The notes: generated by a model not told the origin, from the sequence alone. DNA of 33,194 bases from Candidatus Falkowbacteria bacterium (GCA_963774955.1 CAVZGV010000004.1:261522-294715), one strand, 5' to 3'; shown: positions 1 to 7,553, counted from the stretch's first letter. Program-made: numbers and translations.

Positions 1-15
1 GTTGTTTTTTTCGCT

Positions 16-690
16 TTGTATTTAAACGATAAAATTCTTAAAAAAGTTTTAATCTATCTGGTCAGTTTTTCAGCTGGCGGCTTGATGGGTGGCGCTTTTT
101 TTCATTTGTTGCCGGAAAGTCTGGAGGAAATTGATAATCCACTTACGATTTTTATTTTTCTAGTCCTGGGATTTTGTTTATTCTTTATTCTAGAAAAGTT
201 TTTGCGCTGGCACCATTGTCATGATAAAGATTGCCATACTCATGCTCATTTGGGCTATTTAAATTTAATCGGTGATTCCGTCCATAATCTGATAGACGGC
301 ATTATTATTGCCACCACCTATGCGGTTAGTATTCCGCTGGGCATAGTGACGACAATATCCATTATTTCTCATGAAATTCCTCAGGAGCTTGGTGATTTTG
401 GCGTTTTACTTTATTCAGGCATGCCCAAGAAAAAAGCCATGTTATATAATTTTATGGTGGCTTTAATTGCGGTTGTTGGAGTTTTTATCGGTTATTTTTT
501 GGCTGTATATGTTCCGGGTATCACCGCTTTTTTAATACCTGCCGCTGCCGGGGGCTTTATATACATTGCGGCCACTGACTTGATTCCAGAATTGCAGGAA
601 GAAATCAATGCCAAAAGTTCAGTAAAACATTTTTTAGTTTTTATCCTGGCTTTGGTTTTTATGTATTTAGTCAAAATATTGGGTGAATAA
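16..690 (+). CDS. ZIP (ZupT/GufA) family divalent metal transporter; true start probably upstream of the window
   Basis: Multiple TM segments, His-rich loop WHHCHDKDCHTHAH, ZIP motifs GDSVHNLIDG and HEIPQELGD. The frame is open to the window edge. Confidence 0.93.
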   Translation: MYLNDKILKKVLIYLVSFSAGGLMGGAFFHLLPESLEEIDNPLTIFIFLVLGFCLFFILEKFLRWHHCHDKDCHTHAHLGYLNLIGDSVHNLIDGIIIATTYAVSIPLGIVTTISIISHEIPQELGDFGVLLYSGMPKKKAMLYNFMVALIAVVGVFIGYFLAVYVPGITAFLIPAAAGGFIYIAATDLIPELQEEINAKSSVKHFLVFILALVFMYLVKILGE

Positions 691-705
691 CTAGTCTAAT
701 GAGTC

Positions 706-734
706 TTGACAAGAAATTATTATTCTGCTAAACT
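706..734 (+). promoter_or_regulatory. sigma70-type promoter for 789..1031
   Basis: TTGACA (706-711), 17 bp, TAAACT (729-734) preceded by TGn. Confidence 0.7.
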
Positions 735-788
735 CTTTAATATTGTATCGGAGTATAATGTTTTTTTCAGCGTAAATGAGGAGGGATT

Positions 789-1031
789 ATGCCGCAGAGT
801 TTACCTTGTGTTGACCCGCAACAACTTTTAGAAGTACTGGAGGAGGTTGAGAGTGAGATACGTAATAACGGCATAGGCTCAAAGGAACAGGCAATGCTTT
901 ATCATCAGCTCGGCTCCATCCATGGTTTGATGGGCGACAGTTGTCAGCAACAATTTGCCTGGAGGCAAGCGCAAAAGCTGGATCCGGAGAATAAAATTAT
1001 TCTCTCTAGCTTAAAAAGCTTATCTGGTTAA
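789..1031 (+). CDS. small single-TPR-like protein
   Basis: AMLYHQLGSIHGLMGDSCQQQFAWRQAQKLDPEN fits TPR spacing; SD GAGGAGG; own promoter and terminator. Confidence 0.65.
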   Translation: MPQSLPCVDPQQLLEVLEEVESEIRNNGIGSKEQAMLYHQLGSIHGLMGDSCQQQFAWRQAQKLDPENKIILSSLKSLSG

Positions 1032-1071
1032 AGCTTTTTTTGTTTGCCGCAAGTGGTCCAGTCAGGGACCG

Positions 1072-1132
1072 GGACTCGTTAATAACGAGTCTTTTTTTGT
1101 AAAAGAAAAAGCCACCCGGGGTAGGGTGGCTT
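1072..1132. terminator. pair of intrinsic terminators between convergent genes
   Basis: GACTCGTT-aat-AACGAGTC followed by T7, and A-tract followed by AAGCCACCC-GGGTGGCTT. Confidence 0.75.
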
Positions 1133-1153
1133 GGAATAAGCTTTTCGCTGTTT

Positions 1154-1351
1154 TTAATGCGGAAAGCGAAAGATGATCGTGTCGCCGCTTCTGGTCATCA
1201 TGTTGCTGACCATGGCCATCACCGAAAGATGTTTGGCCTTATCGGACATGGGCAGAGGCATGACTTCAGTGTAAAGGGCTTCCGTCAAATCTCCGATTGT
1301 TTCGGCGACTTCGCGGTTGGTTTTGGCTTGATCGAGTGTTTGATTTTTCAT
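1154..1351 (-). CDS. small hypothetical protein, paralog of 1373..1579
   Basis: SD GGAGAGGAG; TIGDLTEALYTEVMPLPMSDKAK aligns with TIGDLIDALYDEIADLPMSDGAK. Confidence 0.8.
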   Translation of the reverse strand: MKNQTLDQAKTNREVAETIGDLTEALYTEVMPLPMSDKAKHLSVMAMVSNMMTRSGDTIIFRFPH

Positions 1352-1372
1352 GGCTTTTCTCCTCTCCTTGTT

Positions 1373-1579
1373 TCAGTTTGTATTTTTACGAATGGGAATC
1401 ATGAGGTAAAAGGTATCTCCGTCTCTTTTCAGAACATCGCCGAGCATAATAGTGACGAGCGCAGCTTTGGCTCCGTCGGACATTGGCAGATCAGCGATCT
1501 CGTCGTAAAGTGCATCAATCAGATCACCGATGGTGCCAACAACCATGCAATTCTGATCAGACTGAGTTGGCGTGTTCAT
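1373..1579 (-). CDS. small hypothetical protein, paralog of 1154..1351
   Basis: SD AAGGGAG; shares the TIGDLxxALYxExxxLPMSDxAK...GDT motif. Confidence 0.8.
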   Translation of the reverse strand: MNTPTQSDQNCMVVGTIGDLIDALYDEIADLPMSDGAKAALVTIMLGDVLKRDGDTFYLMIPIRKNTN

Positions 1580-1596
1580 GACTCTCCCTTTTTAGG

Positions 1597-1911
1597 TTAG
1601 TGGATGTCGAGTTCCAGCCCAAGGCGCTCAGCAATTTTCAGCCCTAGATCGAGGATCAGGTTCTGGAGTTCATTGCTGCAGCCGGGGCAGGTTCTCAAAA
1701 ATTCGAAGTATTTCCAGCGGGGCTCGAAGTGTCCGCCCTGATAGAATGTCAGAAGTCGCTTTGAAACAACTTTATCATTTATCAGGAGCTGACAGCAGAG
1801 CTTACGGAATTCTTCTACCTTGTCTGGATCATCCGGAAGGAAGATTTCGAAGCCGAAAGTCCGATGGATTGGGTCAGGAGTCGTAATCCACATACCAGTA
1901 GGTGTGGTCAT
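1597..1911 (-). CDS. hypothetical protein
   Basis: 104-aa ORF with SD GAGGAGG in a four-gene minus-strand operon. Confidence 0.7.
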   Translation of the reverse strand: MTTPTGMWITTPDPIHRTFGFEIFLPDDPDKVEEFRKLCCQLLINDKVVSKRLLTFYQGGHFEPRWKYFEFLRTCPGCSNELQNLILDLGLKIAERLGLELDIH

Positions 1912-1944
1912 CTCAACCTCCTCATTTGTGGGTTGTTGTTTGAG

Positions 1945-2211
1945 TCAGTTTGGTCCGCAGGAACCACTTTGGTTGGCTGAGTCTGAAGTCGGAACCCTGC
2001 ATTCGGTCGCAAGGCTTTCCGTTGGCGGCGTTTCTCCCTGGTTGAAATTGATGATGGTCCAAGAGGGATTGTAATGATATTCCATGGTTCCGTCGATGTC
2101 GGTGTCGGGGTAGTCAGTGTTCACGTTTTTGACCAAATCGCTGCTAACGAGGCAGACGATCAGGCACAGAAAGGCAAAGGAAAGCACCAAGAGAATCGGA
2201 ATTTTTTTCAT
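1945..2211 (-). CDS. hypothetical secreted or membrane-anchored protein
   Basis: MKK plus hydrophobic N-terminus; SD AAGGAG; first gene after a promoter. Confidence 0.65.
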   Translation of the reverse strand: MKKIPILLVLSFAFLCLIVCLVSSDLVKNVNTDYPDTDIDGTMEYHYNPSWTIINFNQGETPPTESLATECRVPTSDSANQSGSCGPN

Positions 2212-2269
2212 TAGTATCTCCTTTCGTAATTTTATGTAAAGAACAGCAACAATAATAAATCAACAGCTA

Positions 2270-2298
2270 AGTATAGCATATATTTTAGCTTTTGTCAA
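2270..2298 (-). promoter_or_regulatory. sigma70-type promoter for the 2211-1154 operon
   Basis: Minus strand TTGACA (2298-2293), 17 bp, TATACT (2275-2270). Confidence 0.75.
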
Positions 2299-2302
2299 AT
2301 AC

Positions 2303-2336
2303 AAAAACCTTCTCGGTGGGACTGAGAAGGTTTTTG
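2303..2336. terminator. bidirectional intrinsic terminator
   Basis: AAAAACCTTCTCGGT-ggg-ACTGAGAAGGTTTTT. Confidence 0.75.
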
Positions 2337-2391
2337 CTTTATCCAGATTTATATTCTGGTGTCTATTTGGCTTAAATTAGCCCATTTTCTA

Positions 2392-2781
2392 TTATTTAGC
2401 TGGTGTTGCCGCAGCATTGGCCGGATTGATGGCCTTGATCCAGCCACCAATCATCTTGGACACGTCTTCTAAGGCTTGATTTAACTCCTTATATTTACTA
2501 TCAGATATCTGCTTAACGTCCTTAGCCATGTCAGTAAATACCTTTAAAGTGTCCAATTTACGCATGATTTGCTTTAAAGTTTGAAATTTATCGGTTTTAC
2601 CTTGTCTGGTGGCAATAACAATCATTTCCAAGATTTCCAAAACAGTGATTTCCGAGCTTTTTCTCAGGGTATTTTCTTCACTTTTAGCCAGATCAGAAAC
2701 CTGGTTGTAAAGAGCGTAGAATTTTTGTAATAAGGGGAATTTTTCAGAAAAATTCTCAAAAATGCTTTTTCCTTTTTGCAT
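2392..2781 (-). CDS. four-helix bundle protein, Avd (DGR accessory variability determinant)/IVP-like
   Basis: Size and pattern PLLQKFY...LEILEMI...KLDTLKVF...ISDSKY...EDVSKMIGGWIK are typical of bAvd-like proteins. Confidence 0.75.
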   Translation of the reverse strand: MQKGKSIFENFSEKFPLLQKFYALYNQVSDLAKSEENTLRKSSEITVLEILEMIVIATRQGKTDKFQTLKQIMRKLDTLKVFTDMAKDVKQISDSKYKELNQALEDVSKMIGGWIKAINPANAAATPAK

Positions 2782-2887
2782 AGATTTGTTTTAATTTTTT
2801 CCGCCAGAGGCGGAAGATTTTTTAAGCTAATTTTAGTTAAATATTCAGTTGTCAAAGTGCAACTTTTAGTATCTTAGGCCTAAATAC

Positions 2888-2916
2888 TTGACAAATATAT
2901 AAATATGTGTTAATAT
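2888..2916 (+). promoter_or_regulatory. sigma70-type promoter for 2986..3264
   Basis: TTGACA (2888-2893), 17 bp, TAATAT (2911-2916) with TGn. Confidence 0.7.
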
Positions 2917-2985
2917 GTGCTATTAGTTTTTAAATAGGTTAACTTGGCAAACCCTTGTTTTTCTAGCATTGAAAGGAGAAAGGTT

Positions 2986-3264
2986 ATGTCTGAAGATCAA
3001 CGGAAATTCTACCTGAGAAAGATGAAAGAGTTCGTTCAACACTGGATCGGCAACAGCGACATCGCTGTCGAAGCGCGTACTTTCGTCACCAACTTCGAAT
3101 GCGAGGCCATGAAGCTCACGAGTGACGAATTCAAGGCGCGCCTGGTCAAAGCGGATACGATCCTGTGCCAGGCCCCGGACTGGCTGTACAAGAAGTATGC
3201 CACCAGTGGCATCAGCTTCCGCTACCCGACTACCGGCCAGAGCGAAGCCAGCGCCGCCGCCTAA
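2986..3264 (+). CDS. hypothetical protein, GC-rich relative to its flanks
   Basis: ATG 2986 follows SD AAGGAG; strong G/C bias at third codon positions; terminator at 3297-3322. Confidence 0.75.
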   Translation: MSEDQRKFYLRKMKEFVQHWIGNSDIAVEARTFVTNFECEAMKLTSDEFKARLVKADTILCQAPDWLYKKYATSGISFRYPTTGQSEASAAA

Positions 3265-3296
3265 TCACCAATCAACCAAATCCAGTTTTGACTGGT

Positions 3297-3322
3297 AGCC
3301 CCGATTCGTTCGGGGCTTTTTC
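3297..3322 (+). terminator. intrinsic terminator
   Basis: AGCCCCGA-ttcgt-TCGGGGCT followed by a T tract. Confidence 0.8.
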
Positions 3323-3360
3323 TTTTAGGCGAAAATGGCTGTGAATTGATTTCATCCACT

Positions 3361-3388
3361 GTAGAGACCCCGCGCGCGGGGTCTCTAC
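3361..3388. repeat. GTAG-type REP-like perfect palindrome
   Basis: GTAGAGACCCCGCGCGCGGGGTCTCTAC. Confidence 0.65.
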
Positions 3389-3400
3389 TTTCCCATAATT

Positions 3401-6022
3401 TTAGCCATTTTCACTCTTGTCTTTATTAATTTTATTTTTATAAATGAACGTAGTCGTAAGTCCAAGTCCGAGTACAACTGCAGTGGCCAGGAGATAATTA
3501 AGGACAAAAGTGGTTTGCTTTTGTGCTGGTAACAAAGCTGCTTCCTGTTCTTTGGTTGTTAGATTTTTTATTAGATCTTCTGTAAAGCGAGGCATGACTT
3601 GGAAAACATTATTGTACTTGCGCAGGATACCGGTGATTGTTAAGTTGTCGCCTTCGCTAAAATTGCCTTTGCTTATCTTGGTGTTTGTGTTTATATAGAC
3701 TTCAGCTTCGCCGGTTTCATCCTGAAGATAAAATTTGCTGCTATTTTTTTCAATTAAAGTTCCTTGGATTTGAATTAAATAATCGATAATCGCATCATTA
3801 ATTTCGTTAATTTTGATCGCTTGCGGCTCCGGCTCGGGTTCTTTATTTAAGACCACAATATTTTGGGCCGAGCTTAACTTTAATCTTTTATTCCCCTGGA
3901 TTTCACCGACAGTCCCATTAACTTCTACCAGATCTCCTATTTCCAGATCAGGCCAGTCGGCTTTGGACATATATAGTTGCGTGCCTGACCCGGCCAGATA
4001 CATTATAGTTTTTCCGAAAATATTAGGTAGGGCTGAAACCACTCCTTGCGTAATGACCGTGGTGCCAATATTTAAATTTTTTATTTCCTTTAAGTCTACT
4101 TTAGTTACAGACTCTTCAGATAGGGGTTTTTTATCGGCGGCTGTTTGCTCAATCGTCTCTGCTTTTGTTGTGGCCGCAGCTTTTGCCTTGGTCACGGTTG
4201 TTGTTTTGACTGCAGGAATAGCCGCTTCTTTATTCTCTGTAATTTTAATTTTTATTGTTTGTTGTGCGGACAGATATTTATCGCTGACAGTTAGGTTAAT
4301 GGTAAATGTCCCGGTTTGGTTAAATTGCAATTGGATAATGGGATTGGTAAAAATAGTATCATTGGCTTCCCAGGTAAACTGGAGTTTGTCGTTTTCCGGG
4401 TCATAACTGTCCGAAGCATCGCAGACAATTAATTCTCCTTTGAGTGCCTGTTTGGGGCAATAAATTGCAATTAATGGCGCATGGTTTAGTTTGTTTATAA
4501 TGTTTTCTTTTCCCGGAGTCGGGGTCGTTGACCAAAACCAGCTATTTTCAGAAGCCAGACTGTAGCTGACATTTTCTGGGATTGACGGGTCTTCACCGAA
4601 TTTTAAAGTCTGAATTGTTTTGTTAGTATTACTAATCAGCTTAACCGTGTCTTTTATATTATTTAAAGCAATGCCGCTCTGTTGCCGTCTGATCAGTAAA
4701 TATTCCCCGGGTTTAATTATTGTTGTCCCTAAACTTTCTTTGGAAATTTTATAGGTTATTTTACTAGTGGAACTAAGTTGCCAGCCTGCCAGATCAAATG
4801 GCATTGCACCGGTATTTTTTAGCTCTATCCATTCACCTTCGGCATCATTGCCGAGAGGGTTGGGCATAATCTCATTAAAGATAATTTGTTTTGGCTGGGT
4901 TTCCGGAATCTGGTATTGATTTAAGTTGTCATCTGACGAGGAGATTGGTGTGGCTGGAGAAGGCAGGGGGGTGTAGATGTTTTGTGCGCCTTTAGTTGGG
5001 GTTTGAGTGACGACAAAGTTTGTATCGCCGTCTATTTGTCTGGCAGTAGAATTTGGATCACTTGCCAATGGCGCTTTTACGGTTCCGGTCGGCGCTGTCC
5101 AGTTACCGTAATAAACAGTAGCAAAAACTTCTTCATTGTCATTTTGGAGAATAATGACGTCGCCGCTATTGTTTAAGGCTCCTTTGGGTTTTTCTATAAC
5201 ATAGTAGGGATTTATACTATTGGCTTCGATCTCTCCTTCCAAGGTTGTCGCCGTGTTTGAGCCATCTATGATTTTCCAGCCGGTTAAATCTAACCTAAAA
5301 TCATTTTGATTATATAGCTCAATCCATTCCACCTCGCCATCGCTTGGATCGCTGACAAATTCATTGATAACAATGGTGCCGGGACTTGGCTGAGAAGGAA
5401 TATCCGGTTCAGTATCTCCAGTCGGTGTATCAGGGTCATCGGGCTCATCTGCTGGCGGATCTTCACCCTGATTATCAGGATTCTGGCTGGCTATTTCATT
5501 GGCTCGGCCGGCGCTGTTGGCAGTCGCATGAACCAGCCAATTTGTTTCACTGTAATCGTTTACGGTCAGGTCTATTCTTTGCAGAGAAGAATTGGGGCAG
5601 GGCAGATATGTAAAGCTTTCAATAATTTCCAAATTTTTATTTTTTAAAGCAATTTCTTCGCCGTCTTCATTTAGTGTTGTCCAGGAGCTATCTAAAATGG
5701 TGCCAGTAAAGTCAGGGTAATCAGTTTTGAAGTTGGCAGCCACATCAGCGATTATGGCAAATTCACCCGGATCAATTATAAAGTCATTCTGAAAAGCTGT
5801 TAAACCATGATTGGTTGAGTCTTCAGTAAATTTCCAGCCGCTTAAATCTACAGGGTCGCTGCCTGTATTATAAATTTCCAGCCATTCGTGGTCGCCGGGC
5901 TCATAAGCGCCGATTTCAGAAATGACAATGTCGATATCAGCCGCGGAAACTTTAAGTGGAGAAATAAAAAATCCCAACGCAATTAATGTCAGGATTGTCA
6001 GGATTTGTTTTATTTTTTTCAT
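3401..6022 (-). CDS. surface protein: signal peptide, 3 lamin-tail domains, PKD domain, 2 OB-fold-like domains, C-terminal TM anchor
   Basis: Three ISE/INE/FNE...EW(L/I)E(I/L)(Y/K)N...DL(S/T/A)GW repeats; PKD motif DASDSYDPENDKLQFTW...GTFTINLTVSD; OB-like GDLVEVNG and FYLQDETG...GDNLTITG; C-terminal hydrophobic helix. Confidence 0.88.
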   Translation of the reverse strand: MKKIKQILTILTLIALGFFISPLKVSAADIDIVISEIGAYEPGDHEWLEIYNTGSDPVDLSGWKFTEDSTNHGLTAFQNDFIIDPGEFAIIADVAANFKTDYPDFTGTILDSSWTTLNEDGEEIALKNKNLEIIESFTYLPCPNSSLQRIDLTVNDYSETNWLVHATANSAGRANEIASQNPDNQGEDPPADEPDDPDTPTGDTEPDIPSQPSPGTIVINEFVSDPSDGEVEWIELYNQNDFRLDLTGWKIIDGSNTATTLEGEIEANSINPYYVIEKPKGALNNSGDVIILQNDNEEVFATVYYGNWTAPTGTVKAPLASDPNSTARQIDGDTNFVVTQTPTKGAQNIYTPLPSPATPISSSDDNLNQYQIPETQPKQIIFNEIMPNPLGNDAEGEWIELKNTGAMPFDLAGWQLSSTSKITYKISKESLGTTIIKPGEYLLIRRQQSGIALNNIKDTVKLISNTNKTIQTLKFGEDPSIPENVSYSLASENSWFWSTTPTPGKENIINKLNHAPLIAIYCPKQALKGELIVCDASDSYDPENDKLQFTWEANDTIFTNPIIQLQFNQTGTFTINLTVSDKYLSAQQTIKIKITENKEAAIPAVKTTTVTKAKAAATTKAETIEQTAADKKPLSEESVTKVDLKEIKNLNIGTTVITQGVVSALPNIFGKTIMYLAGSGTQLYMSKADWPDLEIGDLVEVNGTVGEIQGNKRLKLSSAQNIVVLNKEPEPEPQAIKINEINDAIIDYLIQIQGTLIEKNSSKFYLQDETGEAEVYINTNTKISKGNFSEGDNLTITGILRKYNNVFQVMPRFTEDLIKNLTTKEQEAALLPAQKQTTFVLNYLLATAVVLGLGLTTTFIYKNKINKDKSENG

Positions 6023-6062
6023 ATTTTTTGTTTTTATTTTTTAGTTCTTTTGGGCACGGCGT

Positions 6063-6115
6063 GCTCTCTTGTCACCCTGAGTATAGTCGAAGGGCTCACC
6101 ATGACATAAGAGAGC
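6063..6115. repeat. REP-like nested hairpin containing CCCTGAG...GTCGAAGGG
   Basis: GCTCTCTTGTCA-CCCTGAGTATAGTCGAAGGG-...TGACATAAGAGAGC; the core recurs at 7762-7791. Confidence 0.6.
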
Positions 6116-6327
6116 AGGCTGCGCCTTATTTGTTTCTTATAATTTTATCTTAGCAACTGCAATTATTAAGGCAATCAAATCAAGCGAAAAAATATGTTAG
6201 ATAAATTTATCATTTTTATAAATTGATAAACAATAAAACACCGATTTAATTTAATTTTTGGCAGATTAAAAAATGTTAAAATTTTTTAACAAAGTATCAA
6301 TTGAATTTGTGGATAAGTATTTAACAC

Positions 6328-6359
6328 TTGCATTTTTAAAATATTTTTTATACTATAAT
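6328..6359 (+). promoter_or_regulatory. sigma70-type promoter for 6391..6963
   Basis: TTGCAT (6328-6333), 17 bp, TACTAT, with an overlapping TATAAT at 6354-6359. Confidence 0.6.
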
Positions 6360-6390
6360 TAAATCAGTAAAAAGTTAAATGGAGGGTGGC

Positions 6391-6963
6391 ATGAAAATTG
6401 AAATCAGGGGTTTTCGGGAATTCATGCAGGCTGAGCTTTTTGAAATCGTGGAAAAAAGGCGAGGCCAATTACGTCCGGTGGAAGACATTGGCCAGGAGGA
6501 GCTGGCCTATCTGGTCGGTATGCTGGCACGATTCATTGATACTGCTCATTTTTTACAGCACTACACCAATAGCCCCATCTATGATTTGACTTTGTGTCAA
6601 AACAAGGGCGCTTCCAAAACAGCGCTGACCGGCCTGGGTGATTTCTGTCTGTTTCGCACCGGCTTTTTCCCCCTGGGGTTTAAGTCAAAGCGTACCCCGC
6701 CCAGGAAAAACTTTATTCTGGCGGGGCAGAAAGCCTATTGGCTGGTAGCAGAAAGTCACAATCAGACCCTGGAAATGTTTCGGTCTCTGGCTCTGAATTT
6801 CCTGATTTTTTCCAACTTGCTGAGTGAAATCAGACTGCGCTATTTGTCTGATCAGGAACTGATGGAGCTGTATGATTTATGGCTGGAGACCGGTAGTGAG
6901 TTTGCTGAGGAAGCGATCAGGAAACAAGGAGTGACTCCGCTGCGGGTGGATCACTTAAGTTAA
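6391..6963 (+). CDS. conserved hypothetical alpha-helical protein directly upstream of the TIGR-like array
   Basis: ATG 6391 follows GGAGG. Motifs YLVGMLARF, LGDFCLFRTGFFP, GQKAY and LYDLWLETGS resemble an uncharacterised proteobacterial family (recalled, not searched). No Nop, RuvC or HNH motif is visible. Confidence 0.8.
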   Translation: MKIEIRGFREFMQAELFEIVEKRRGQLRPVEDIGQEELAYLVGMLARFIDTAHFLQHYTNSPIYDLTLCQNKGASKTALTGLGDFCLFRTGFFPLGFKSKRTPPRKNFILAGQKAYWLVAESHNQTLEMFRSLALNFLIFSNLLSEIRLRYLSDQELMELYDLWLETGSEFAEEAIRKQGVTPLRVDHLS

Positions 6964-7015
6964 GGCAGACGTAACATGCAGTGTTTCTTTGAAACTAACC
7001 GTTGATTGTCTGCCG

Positions 7016-7043
7016 AAGCCCCCCCGCTTCGCGGGGGGGCTTT
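7016..7043 (+). terminator. strong GC hairpin after array unit 1
   Basis: AAGCCCCCCCGC-ttc-GCGGGGGGGCTTT. Confidence 0.7.
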
Positions 7044-7267
7044 AAAAAATTCAGTCTAAAGCGGACGATTTACCGATTGTTCCCCTGGGAACGACTGATC
7101 TGATGTCCGCTGATTTTGGCAAGACGATTGTCGAGGTGTTTTTTTAAAAACAAGTCCATCCATGTCTTGCCTTAGTTTAGCCAGGCGAAACCACCAATGT
7201 TTCTGGAAAACGTAGGTTGCATTGCCTGGCCAAACACCAAAGAGCCCCCCTCGGCTTTTTTCTTGGC

Positions 7268-7296
7268 TTGACATTAGGAAGTTGGTTTGTTACTAT
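7268..7296 (+). promoter_or_regulatory. sigma70-type promoter for array units 5-7
   Basis: TTGACA (7268-7273), 17 bp, TACTAT (7291-7296); no credible ORF before the terminator at 7526. Confidence 0.75.
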
Positions 7297-7525
7297 AGGC
7301 AGATATCTTAAAAAATAATAAAATGTTTAATATTTTATAGATGTTAACTGTAATAAGCGGACGAATAAGCATCTGTTGATTCATAACGAATACGCAGGTG
7401 TCCGCTGATTTTGGCAAGACGAACAGATCGGTGTTAAAAACGAACACGATTTTGTCTTGCCAGCAGATTTAGTCAGGCGATCCCGGCTCTGTTTTGAAAA
7501 CAATATCCTCGGTGCCTGGCTAACC

Positions 7526-7553
7526 AAAAAGAGTCCCAATCGGGGCTCTTTTT
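7526..7553 (+). terminator. intrinsic terminator closing the array
   Basis: AAAAAGAGTCCC-aatc-GGGGCTCTTTTT; a weaker homolog at 7239-7262 closes units 2-4. Confidence 0.75.

Larger units (their letters stand above)
6964..7522 (+). ncRNA. TIGR-like stem-loop dual-spacer guide RNA array (7 units, 14 spacers of 9 nt)
   Basis: Units at 6964-7014, 7060-7111, 7118-7171, 7178-7232, 7356-7406, 7413-7461 and 7470-7522. Each is outer stem, CGA/CGT, N9, TG, inner hairpin, CGA/CAA/CTA/CGT, N9, TG, outer stem. Confidence 0.85.

Noticed and set aside
1157-1600. 147-aa plus-strand ORF
   Set aside because: It is the antisense shadow of two SD-led paralogous genes.
6308-6316. Perfect DnaA box (TGTGGATAA) in an AT-rich intergenic region, suggesting oriC
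   Set aside because: Only one box is seen and dnaA/dnaN are not nearby. It is at most a regulatory site.
6964-7522. CRISPR array or integron attC array
   Set aside because: There are no 23-47 bp identical repeats with ~30-nt spacers and no cas genes. The units lack RYYYAAC/GTTRRRY ends and do not separate ORFs.
7060-7522. DGR template/variable repeat pair (given the nearby Avd-like gene)
   Set aside because: The differences are complete block replacements involving all four bases, not adenine-specific changes. Neither copy lies in a target ORF and no RT is present.
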